A DNA stretch of 43,973 nucleotides from Atractiella rhizophila (lineage: Eukaryota): assembly GCA_021432655.1 (NCBI GenBank), contig MU271534.1, positions 1 through 43,973 on the forward strand, read 5' to 3'. A model generated the notes under the pieces. That model had not been told where the DNA came from. It saw nothing but the letters and a program-made list of their open reading frames with translations, and ran no database searches. Below, piece after piece: positions 28,067 through 38,864 of the stretch (its first letter is position 1; the number at the start of each line of letters is the position of its first letter). A program made the position numbers and the translations under genes.

Positions 28067-28290
28067 AACTGGCATGTGGCGTCCAGAACTGAGCCAGAGC
28101 ATCATCCGATGTTTAATTTATTTTGATATTAGTATCCAGATACCTTGGTTACTTGATTCCCTTGTTTTGACCTTATGAGGGATTCTTTGCAATTCATGCT
28201 TCATAAACATACATTCGACAGTGGCAAGGCATATCAGCTATGATTTCTGCGATTGAACACGATAGGATCGAAATAAATAGGGAGAACAGA

Positions 28291-31200
28291 TCACTCAACC
28301 TTCGTAGCATCCTCATCAAGCTCATCTTTATCCTCGTTCGGAGCTCGACCTCCCTTCTCATCTCCGCTTCCTCCATTGAATGAAATTTCATCTTCCGAAT
28401 AAAAAAACTCTTCAGGCTTGTCAAGTTCTTTCTGTTTCTCCTTCTTCTTTTCCTCCACCTTTTTTGCAGGTTCAACCACCACGTTGTCTTCTGCACCAGG
28501 ATCATTAGAACTGGAATTGAAAGCAGTAGGAGGAGGAGGAGCCGAGGGACCGTTGGTAGAGCTTCCAGGAAGTTGTATCGTCGACATGTTTTGTACCTGT
28601 GCCTCTGGTCGTGGATGCTTTGGTGGTCTTCCTCGCTTCCGCGGTGGGTCTCCAGGCTGTCGACGAGTGTATGGACGTTTCTGCTTCGGAGCTGGTTGAG
28701 CCGTCGTCGTGTCGAGCGCTGCGGAAGGTTTAGATGTAACTTCCGCTTTGGGAAGAATCTGTTGAGGAGGAGATGTAGGTTTCGGTTTAGAGGAATGGGA
28801 GAAGTCATCCGCTCCGGACGAAGTAGGTGGAGCGAAAAAGGATTGGCGGCCGAGGGAGTTTTGGGATATGGCTAATAATGCACAAAACTGGTTAGAAGGA
28901 ATGATTTGGAGCTCGAGGAGCAAGCATACAACAGTCGATGCAAAGGTTATCCCGGTGCTGAGGGGCTTGGCGACAATTGGTACAAAGCTCCCGTTGACCC
29001 TCCGTGTCACCGCCAGACGGATTAATAGCCAGCATATACCCGGAAGGTGGAGGAGGGTACAAAGCAGGGGCACCTGCACGATTAGAGAGTTTAATCATCC
29101 CAAAATAAAAGAGGGCAGGAATAAACGTACCCATTGTAGCCCCTCCAGTCCCCAGTTGTTGTTGCTTCTTTTTTTTGGAAGACGTTGAAGCTTGGGGTGA
29201 AGAAATAGGGGCAGCGGATGAAGGGTCTTGGTTTGGAGCGAGAGGAGGGGAACATAATTGAGGTTGTGATTGTACTTCCGTTCGAGGAGACGACTGTTGG
29301 GCGGCGGCAGGAGATGCTCGAACTGGAGCAGGAGAAGTGGTTTGATCTTCAGGAAGAGGGGCCGTTTGAGAAGGGGGAGAGTCTAGAACCGGGGGGGGAG
29401 AGAACTGTGGAGGAGGAAGTTTCTCACGTGGTGAATAAAACATTTCCTGACCCGCAGCTGGTGATGCATCGCCTTGTTCGAAGTTGGATTCAAAGTTTGG
29501 CTCTCGCAATTGGGAATGATGCTGAGGGAGAACAGCATGAGGAGGAGGTTGAGGATGAGGATAATGAGGCATGTATGTTGCCCCATTATGAGGAGGATAT
29601 TGGGCCATGGGTGCCGAACCCAACAAAAGCTCGCCGTTTCCTTTCTCGGAGTGATCCCTCCTCCTAGGATGGAAGCGATAGTCGGGATGCTTGATCTTGT
29701 GAATCTTCTTCTGCTCCTCCGCAATTTCGTGATACGGTGCCCTATCTTCGTCTGTCATCTTCTTCCAGATCTTGGATGCTTCCTTCGTTATTTGCTTGGA
29801 ATTGATCAACCCCATTGCCTTTGCCTCTTGTCTAGCCACTCGATAATGCTTCAGAAAGACAACCCAGACATTATCCGGTCTGTTGATGTGCCCTGGACTC
29901 GTCTGGCGCTGATGCCTTTTCCTCGGCCTCACCGCACTCGATCCAACCGAGGACGACATTTGCTGAGCTGAATCGGCAGGTGGATAAGGAGATGCGGATT
30001 TATCCTCTTCCACTTCTCCTTCCATCGCAGGATTAATGACTGTGTTATCTGCCAATGTATTGTCTTCGTTTCGGATCAAGAGATCTCGTTCCTGCATCGT
30101 AGGAGGACGAGGAAGAGGGGGTGTCGGAATCCGTTCTTCTTCCGATCCTTCCGGTCGAGACTCTTTCGCCTCTCTTCCCCCTCCTCTCCCTCTTCCACGT
30201 CCCCTTCCCCTCCCTCTTCCTCTCGTTGGCTTCGGCGCAGGCAGGAGTTCTTGAAAGCGTGGATCTATGAATCCACCGACTGGATGACCAAGAATTGGAA
30301 TCTGAGTACCAGGAGGAAGGGTTCCCACAGGTCGCCCGTCGCGGGTATAGAGGACTTGATCGTGAGGTCCAATGGGGAGAGGAAAATGTGGCATGTGAGG
30401 ATGTTGCACGATAGACGGGCGACGTCCATCTATGAAAGGAGGTGGACCATGACCGGGATGCCCCATTTGATACTCGTTGAAGGGATGATGGGGGATGTGA
30501 CGTCCTTCGTCTACATCCATTCGATGGGAAGACGAGGGACGATCTGACGGACCGGGAGTGTCGCGAATTGGGATGGGATCCTGTTGAGTGTTGCTCACTC
30601 GAGGTCGTTTCGAAAAGGGTTTTTGGTCCTCCTCTTCGTCGACGGTCATATCAATCACAACTCTTTCGTCATCTTCGAGACCGTCTCGACTTCGTTGTCT
30701 TTTGGAATGTGATGCTCGGGAAGGGTGTCCGTATGGAACAGGGAATCCAGGAGGAACCTATGTCCCAGATCAATATGTCGCCTAAAACCTATGGTGAAAA
30801 GGCGAAATATATACGTAGAGGGGATGGCCAGGCGGCGGACCATGGACGTAACCACCAGGAGGAGGATGTATAGGCATCATCGCGGCCATGGGAGGACTTG
30901 GATGTTGAGGATGAGCGAATGGAGGTCCATGGATGCTTCCCATTCGAGATCTCTCTCTCTCGCGTTCTGCTGCGAGGGCTCGCTCTTCCTTATTGCGTGG
31001 CACCTTATATGCGTCCCCTCCAGCTTTTTGACCTGGAAGTTGAGGTTTATACCCCTTCTCCGTGCCAAACATCGCCGTACTCCCAACTTCCCAGTTCGCT
31101 CGCGCATTCCCATCCGCCCTAACCTTCACGTGCCTCTCTCCTCCGTCTTCCCTCCCGTCCATCGAAAAGACTGTCATCAACGCGGGCGGTCTCTTCGTCG

Positions 31201-32344
31201 AAGGTCCCGAGGAAGCATGTGGCAGAACCTCATCATAAGCGGACTGCCAATTCTCAACAGCCCTCGCCTTACTCTTATGTTGACCTCTCGAGTTAGACCC
31301 ATCCTTCCTCGATCGCGTTGACTGATCTTCAAAAACTCTCGGACGCTGTTCATGGGGATCCACAATCATCTCCTCTCCATCTGATCCCACCCCCCCTTTT
31401 GCAACATCCACTCGAAAAGCAGGCTTCTTGACTTGATTCATATACTCCGCCTGCCTTCTCCTCCGCTCCTCAGCTTCCCCAGTCCTCCAATCTACCCCGG
31501 CCGAATTCCGAATGGCGTTCGTAGCCGGTGGTCCACCGTAGAAAGACTTCATGATGCTCATGTGACCGCCGAGGTCTTGACGCCAGACGTTCATCATCCA
31601 CTGATCCTTATGAATATCGGTGAGAGGAACAACGTTGTCGCGTTCGTATTGGTATGTGATGAGGTGATAGATCGTGTCCATCGTTTTGAATTCGAGGTGG
31701 CGCCTGACGAAAGGAGGTGTCTGAGAGAGGGATGTCCACGATTGACAACAGCGCGCTAACATTAGCGGATACGTGATTTCGGTGCTTTCTGACCTTTTCA
31801 TGCCCAGAGAATTGTGAGCGACTCAAGGACAGTCGCAAAGGAAAGAAACGAACCAAACGATTCCATCTTCAAATTCAGGGATACCAGAAGGACCTTTGAA
31901 CCTTTCGCCGAGTGAGTCACGTCGAACATGTTAGGAGAGAAAGACGAACACCCAAGTATTACCAGGACTCGTTACACGATACCTCGCGTCTCCCAACTTC
32001 ATCAAAAACTCAATCACGGCTGTATTCATCAGAGGGAGCTTTCCCAAGTGAGCAGCATGCACGACGAGCATGGCACATTCTTCCGTATCAACTTTTCTGG
32101 TAGCAGAGAATTCACATCAATCCTGCACTGAGCGCGGGAACGTGGGAAGTTAGGAAGCGCACCCAAACCAAGTGCTCTTCACGTCTTCGTTGAAAATTTT
32201 CTTGCCATCAGGCAGGGTCAGAAGTGGAGCGTTCGGATCGTGCTCGTCACTCAATGGTGCATGTTGTTCCGGTTGCTGAGCATGTTGAGGCGGAGGAGGT
32301 CCCCTGATATGAGGACTCTGGTGTGGTTGAGGAGAATGTTCCAT
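28291..32344 (-). CDS. Large multi-domain transcription factor: divergent Gti1/Pac2 (WOPR)-like N-terminus + RG repeat + MATA/SOX-type HMG box + CxxC-x10-CxxC + AT-hook; 7 exons, ~1,200 aa
   Basis: Introns 32162-32097, 31949-31902, 31853-31794, ~30814-30758, ~29130-29073 and ~28929-28872 link ORFs 32150-32386, 30782-31801, 28892-30658 and 28291-29079 in frame. HMG box HINRPDNVWVVFLKHYR...ITKEASKIWKKMTDEDRAPYHEIAEEQKKIHKIKHPDYRFHPRRR (~29657-29895). AT-hook RKRGRPPK (~28618-28642). Confidence 0.8.
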
Positions 32345-34201
32345 CCCACGCAAAAAAAAATACGCGTTTCTCGGGTAGGGAGACAAGGGGGCAGAATTGC
32401 GTTGTTGACAAGGGCGGGTTTATATGAAAACGGACTGAGAACAGCACAACTCAATTTGATATCATCAAACTAAACTTTGCGATCATGCGTTTTACTTTCA
32501 GCTGCTGCGGAGTGAATGGGATCTAAAACTCTGTGTCATTGACTCAATTCAACACTTTGATCGCTTGCACATGCCTGACGGTGACTGGGCAACGATTTTC
32601 TAAATTTATTGAATAGAAAATTCCGCTTTGAATACCTTCTGTCTTCTCCTTTAGCACAATCTGTGTTCCACCTTTAGCGAGATTCTTAGCCATTCCTGGC
32701 AGGACCCTGGACACATGACAGGACCAACTAATACACCTCAATTCACACGTCTTCCTTCAGCTTCCTTGTCTATTTGTGAATCATTTGTAGCCAGGCGCTC
32801 TCACAACGCAACGCTTGAGACAAGTTGAATAGATTTCGCACATTCCAGAAAGATGCAATGACAAAACAAACTTTGGCTGGAAGATAATTAAAGACACTAA
32901 ACGGTTCTAAAAACGCTCAGCATATTAGATCATCCGTAGTGTCAGATTTAAATTACTCATCCATAAATCTGCAGATGCCGGGAACAGAGCCTGATCTTGG
33001 TAGATCTTGGCTTACATGTATACTCTCGGCGCAATCAAACAAATGAAGGTTTGCAAGACAATGGCCATTGATTGAAACTGTGAAAAAAGTGGCACACGTG
33101 CATTCCTATTACTCACCCGTTGAAAGTTTAGACACTTATTCAGGAATAAGCAAAAGGCGAAAATGCCATCTCAGGGAGCTCCTGGAACTGGTCTGCTATT
33201 TAGTTGATAATCAGATTGTAGCGTTTCACGTGATTATATCTGCAGTTACATTCGGAACCTTGTTTTTGTCTGATTGAGTTTCTGCAACTGTGCGTGTACC
33301 TCCCTTCTCGCTCCTGTACATGCGAGCATCCACTCGTCCCCCTTCCTGCGTTCTCACGAGCTTGAGACTTAACCTTCTTCAAATTTACGTGATGAGGAAG
33401 AGGAATTTTCGAATGGTACTGGATTGAAAGTTCCCTCTTCTATCTGTGAGTGATTTCTTGCGCATGAAAAGGACGTTAAGACTCTCCAAGTACTGTATTT
33501 TTCATATGACTGCCGGAGGCTTACCACATGAAGACGCTTTGCTAACCTGTTGGTGTTGCAGTCTTTTGTTGTTAGCATTTTACACTACCTTGCACATTTG
33601 GCCCTACTCTCTCTTTACCTATATATAGCAATGCTGAAACACTTCCTCCTGTCCATATAACACAACACAACGTCCTGCTCTCTGATCCCCCAAGCACCAC
33701 CCGAGGCTGTGCTTTTCTTTGTCTGAGCTCAATGTCAAGCTGCAATATTGTTTTGCAGCAAATACAATCTAACTGTTGCAAACGAAATGCTCACAGGATG
33801 AGCCTGTTTATTCATTTGTTCAGACTCGAGTAAAAGCGGACACATTTTCTTATGACACGGTTGTCCAGTTGCCAACGACTCACGCTCCTTCCTTTCGTAG
33901 TTGTCAGGCAGTTAAAACAATAGCTACAATGCCCTAGTGACTAGGAAGTGGAGGACTGTGCGATTCGGTGTCAACAACAAAGCGAAAGAATGCAACCTGG
34001 AACAAGTCTCGCACGTGCGTTAATGTCGCAAACGCCGCACTATGCCGAAAATACGCATACGTTCCCCGACTTTGACCAGCCACAAGGCTTGAAACTAGAG
34101 AGCGTTCTTTCGTATATTCAGACGGCAACGCCTTTATAAAGGCCATTAGAGCTTCTCCTTCTTCAGAACTCAACCAAGTCCCCTTCAACCTCTCAAGCAA
34201 G

Positions 34202-35013
34202 ATGGCTCAACCTCTCACGGTTCCACCGCACCCCATTGGGCTGTTGCCTCAGTACACCAAACACAGTCAACCGATCGCCATAAAGATCAAAGAACATGTT
34301 TTATCTTTATCGGGAGATTCGTTCACGATTAAGGATATCGGAGATAACAGCATCGTCAAGGTGGATGGAAAGTGGATATCTCTCCACAGCAAGAAGAGTG
34401 CGTTTCCGTCACTTTTCAGGCGTTGTTCTCATGGTTATTGTCACATTATTTTTCGACTAAAGCCTTGCGAGATGCCAATACAGATGCTGAACTTTTCACC
34501 ATGAAGAAGAAGCTCTTGAGGATCCACCAAACCTATGAGCTAGTTGACGCGTCCGAAAATGTTCTGGCTGTACTAAAAGGAAAGTGGGGCATCAGCGCGA
34601 AGATCGATGTTACTTTCAAAGTGCGCATCTTCTATCATGTCCAAGCAGATAATGCAGGCTGATAGTTGGCTTGCTAGAATTTGGCTGGAAATGGAGAGGA
34701 AGTGGTCCTCAAATTGAAAGGCGATTGGTTTGACAGAAAGGCGGAGATTACTTGGGACGATAAACCGATCGCCTATATATCAAGGAACTTCTTCAATGGA
34801 AGAGGTGCGGATTATTCGTCCCTTGTCCTCTGCTCCTCTTTAATTTGCTGGCATAGAATTAATTGGTGACGCTCAGACCTACGTTGTACAGATTGCGCCG
34901 TATGGTAAGTTTGCATCTTCACTAACGTCGTCAGCTCATACGGAAATGCAGTTGATGTCGCACTCATCATTGCGGCCTGCGTTGCTCTTGATGAAAAAGA
35001 GAATGAGGACTAA
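34202..35013 (+). CDS. LURP-one-related (LOR / tubby C-terminal-like, DUF567) protein; 5 exons
   Basis: IKEHVLSLSGDSFTIKD, KVDGKWISLHSKK, LKGDWFDRKAEI, IAYISR, QTYVVQIAP and VDVALIIAACVALDEKENED*; stop at 35011-35013. Confidence 0.88.
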
Positions 35014-36037
35014 GTGCTCCCAAGCAAATTGTTGTGTAAAAGGGTTGTATACCGATCGCTTTGTGATATCCGAACGGAAGTTGAAATCTGCCAGTCAATG
35101 TAATTCAATTTATTACAACAAGTCTTTCTGTTAGTTACGAACATGTTGAGCTTCGAGGCTCGAGGAGAGCTCGAATTCATTCTAAGCTCTGTTCTCGCCC
35201 CCCTAAGCCTTGCCTTTGATTGTCAAGTGATATATTACGCACACACAACCCTGTATGAACGAATCTCTTTCACAAAGGACATTTGAGCCAGAGTCGTCAT
35301 GACCTGAAGGTCCATTTGAAAGCACGTGAGTCCAGCACATCTTCTACTCGCCACTAGCCGGATAGATCATTGACTGACATCATTTCAGGATGTACACTTG
35401 CCTGTGGAGGTACAGCAGATCCAAAGAAGTCACAAATCGCCTGCACGGACCCTCGAACTTTATTTAAGGTTCGAGGTTGACAGGAGAAGCTTCGAGAGGC
35501 AGCTGCAGGGAGCTGAATTTCCCTCGTCGACTTAGCAAAGACGTTCCAGTTGATGGAAGGGTAATCGCAACCGGAGTTTCGAACCACTGATTGAGCTGAT
35601 CTTCAGACTTCAAGAGTCAAGTTCAATGAAAATGACACAGACCTACCCACGAACATTCACATTTGCATTGAGTCCTTGCGGATGACATCCTCGTCTCCTC
35701 TCAACAAAACCCAGGTCGATCATCCAAGATTTCTAATGAGATCCCGTAGCGGAAACGAGACTCCGAAATTTGGGCATAATGCTCTCGAAAATTGTTTTAA
35801 AGGTACGTACCATCCCTACATCACGCTTTTACAGCTCTAAAACCTCTAGAAACTAACATCACCTCCGTCTTGAAGCTCTTCGAAGCTTGAACACGAAGAA
35901 CGTAACAATAATCTCTTCTCGGCTCTCTATCCTCCATAAAAGCAGCCACAATGTCTACACTACTCACCATCAACTCGCACTCAATTCCTGCTTTGTCTTC
36001 AGTTGCCAATCCACAGAACTACTACTCAGTCGAACAA

Positions 36038-36823
36038 ATGGAGCCATCCTGGGTCGGGTAAGTAGCTAGTTCATCTGCCCGCATTGTACCCTGACTCTAG
36101 GCCAGACAAATTACGAGCGAAAACGATGCTTTAGTCATAGTCGTGCGTTCTTCGATCTCACAGACAAGATGTCTCATTGACTCTTTGCAGATGGCCGCTT
36201 CTCAAGGTCTTTTAGGCCGCCTGACGGATTGTCCTTCAGTGGACGAGATGAGAGCCATGGCTTGGTCTGGTGAGATTCTGCTCACTCGTTAAGTTGACGC
36301 TGAAATTGGCGACAATAGGTGCTGTTTATGTGTATGTTATCTCTCAACTCAAGTTTCTCTTCTGAAACAGAAGTGGCAGTTGGGAACAGAATGAGGCGGA
36401 ATTTTCTAGATGGGCGGATGGACTCAATTGGCAGGTCTTCCCCCTTTTCTTTCATTCGTACTCTGATAATAGCTTGGAATCGTAGGGCATCTACACAGCG
36501 TCAAGGCTCCTTTACTATTAGCACTGTTGGTTCTCCAAATGTTTTATTTGGGGATATTCCTCTCATACTGATTCGCTGTAGGCATCAGCTTCTCCCGCTG
36601 GAAGCCGGTTCATGAAGCAACAAATTCGGTGCACGACATCTGATGGACATATTCTATATCTCGTGGCATATATTTCAACTCGTGAGCATCTTTCCAGCCG
36701 TGCTCCTGCTACAGCGCTAACCAGTGAATAGGTGACATTCCAACGGCGCAGAGGGTTGCGGATGACCCGCTTCTAGGTTCTATTCGTGTCCCTCCCGGTT
36801 TCTTCACCACTAGGGCGGTTTAA
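36038..36823 (+). CDS. Minimal stand-alone Gti1/Pac2 (WOPR)-like protein, ~143 aa, 8 exons
   Basis: Introns 36058-36105, 36143-36190, 36270-36318, 36332-36379, 36431-36485 (GC-AG), 36526-36581 and 36682-36731 give MEPSWVGQITSENDALVIVMAASQGLLGRLTDCPSVDEMRAMAWSGAVYVWEQNEAEFSRWADGLNWASTQRQGSFTISTASASPAGSRFMKQQIRCTTSDGHILYLVAYISTRDIPTAQRVADDPLLGSIRVPPGFFTTRAV*. This matches the order of WOPR consensus blocks (T.xG.I...DAL; SG.VFVW; RWxDG..W; HL.xY; DP.L..I). Confidence 0.75.
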
Positions 36824-37041
36824 ATTTGCAAGAAAGCGGCAATTTGGACGATAGACGTATCAACGTTGCATGACTGCATGGGATTCATAACACTGAAAAG
36901 TTCATAGGATCATCCGTCATTTCTTTTCATTATGTAACCTCATCGTGCGCAGTGCACTTCAAACTCCAATATTGTTTCAATGGTTGTTTTGCAATACAAC
37001 ATTTCAGTTCACTCTATACATCACTGCTTCTCTACGACTTC

Positions 37042-38301
37042 TTAAGCATCTAAAGTCTCCAAGGATGACCCAGCCTCATCGATATCTAGGACGCGCCAAC
37101 TTGCCTCAATCTGACTCGTCGCACCTGGCATGGGTGTATCTCGGAAAATGCCCACCACCGCTTCGCCTATCGCTTCAAAATTGTCCGTTGCAAGAGCGAG
37201 GATAGTTGGACCTGCACCGGAGAGACAGATGCCCAACAGTCCAGGAAGAGAGTCTGGGGAAAGCGATAGGATAATTGGAAGCGCTGGGATCTGTACAAAT
37301 AATTTCAGTTCTGGGACCTGAAGAGGCTCAAGACAAACGTACCAGGCCTGCGCGGAAGGGTTGGTGGAGACGATCCTGCATCCCTTCGTATATCACCGCT
37401 GCATTCGGTGGAGCAGTAGCGAGCGCAGTAGTCAACACTGCTAAGCGTTGAAGGTTGAAAACCTGCACATGTGTTGTCAACAATTATGAGCAAGGATGGA
37501 GTAGAAGGACGGACTGTATCTGCTCTAGAGTATTGGGGTGGGAGGACATTTCTAGCTGCAGCCGTCGACACCTCAAATTTAGGAATTACAACTATGGCCT
37601 TAATGGCGTTGTTAATCTGGTATTTAACCCAGTTTCCAATCCTCCCCGGCGGGGCAGGAGGCTTTGGAATAAGACCCCAACTCTCATTCGCATCGCTCGG
37701 AAACTCGGGAAGGACTTCAGACAGGGGGACAGAGGTAGCAGAAATCTCTGAAGGGTTAAGAGAGCGGATGAAGGAGCCCACGAAACCGCCGAGAAGTGCA
37801 GCAGTAACGTTGTCTGGATGACGTTCCACCATGAGGGTGAAATCGAGCGCTCGAGAGCTCGAGAGAGATAGATCGCCAATGGCTGATGCAAGAAGGACAC
37901 CAGCGACTACCGCTGCGCCGGAGGAGCCCAGACCCCTCCCGAACGGGATATCATTGGTCACGTCCACCTCGAGCTGAGTCTTTGTCGCTCCAGGAAGGTC
38001 AAAAAAGGACATGATACCATGACATCGAAGCACATAAAGTGCCACTCGTGTGATGAGGTTCTTGTAAGGATCGAGGGGAGCTTCTGAAGAGCCTTCGCCG
38101 CTATATCGCAGCACGGGATGAGACGGCTGCTCCGTAGCGATTAACCGTACGTCAAGGGTGAGGTAAAGCTTGTAAGCCAGTCCAAGGACGTCAAATCCTG
38201 GCCCAATATTTGCTGAAGTGGCTGGTACACGTATTCGCCATCGTTTCTAAATGCCTTGTTGAGCATTTCATTAGCAGTACTGGACTTACTTCTGCTGTCA
38301 T
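37042..38301 (-). CDS. THR1: Homoserine kinase (GHMP family)
   Basis: MTAE|KRWRIRVPATSANIGPGFDVLG, NDIPFGRGLGSSGAAVVAG, VERHPDNVTAALLGGF, MQDRLHQP and GICLSGAGPTILALA; stop at 37042. Confidence 0.95.
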
Positions 38302-38420
38302 TTTAAATTCAAGGCTATGCGGCAGCTTTAAGGTAAGATCTATACACCTCTAGTCGTTTCCTAGCCTGTACAGCTGCAAGAGAGAGACTGAGGTGAAGAG
38401 ATTGATCGAGGAGGTTCCCA

Positions 38421-38440
38421 CTGATTGTGACTCACATCAG
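38421..38440. promoter_or_regulatory. Gcn4/CpcA-type element TGACTCA (38428-38434) embedded in a near-palindrome, in the divergent THR1/permease promoter
   Basis: ctgattgTGACTCAcatcag lies ~130 nt upstream of the THR1 ATG. A TCACGTGA E-box palindrome is nearby at 38491-38498. Confidence 0.55.
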
Positions 38441-38864
38441 AAGAAGGAGCTTTAGGGGCTTGGTGGTTTTTGGTTGTCCTTGGCCCCTCATCACGTGAGA
38501 CCCTCTTGGAGTTCTCCACTCTGTCTGTCTTACAAGAACCTAGTTTTGCTGTATTACTTCTGCTGTGAGAAGTACATCAGCTGATGAGAGCCCACAGCTG
38601 CTCAACTTGAAAGCATTACAATAAAGTTCTCCTCCACCGGATCGCGTTCAACGGTCCCCGACTTTGTAAACTTTATGGGCTCATGCTCTTAGTGCAGCCT
38701 TATCATCATGCGCTCTGTTCATCCATCAATTAACTCTGTGCTTCGGATGTGGACTTCCGAAGATAAGCATTATGGACCTTTTAAAACACTTCCTCTGTTC
38801 CCTCCCTACCTCTCCTCTCCGGTTTCCGACCTAGTTCGCATTTTGGAGTGATTGCAGTTTGGAA

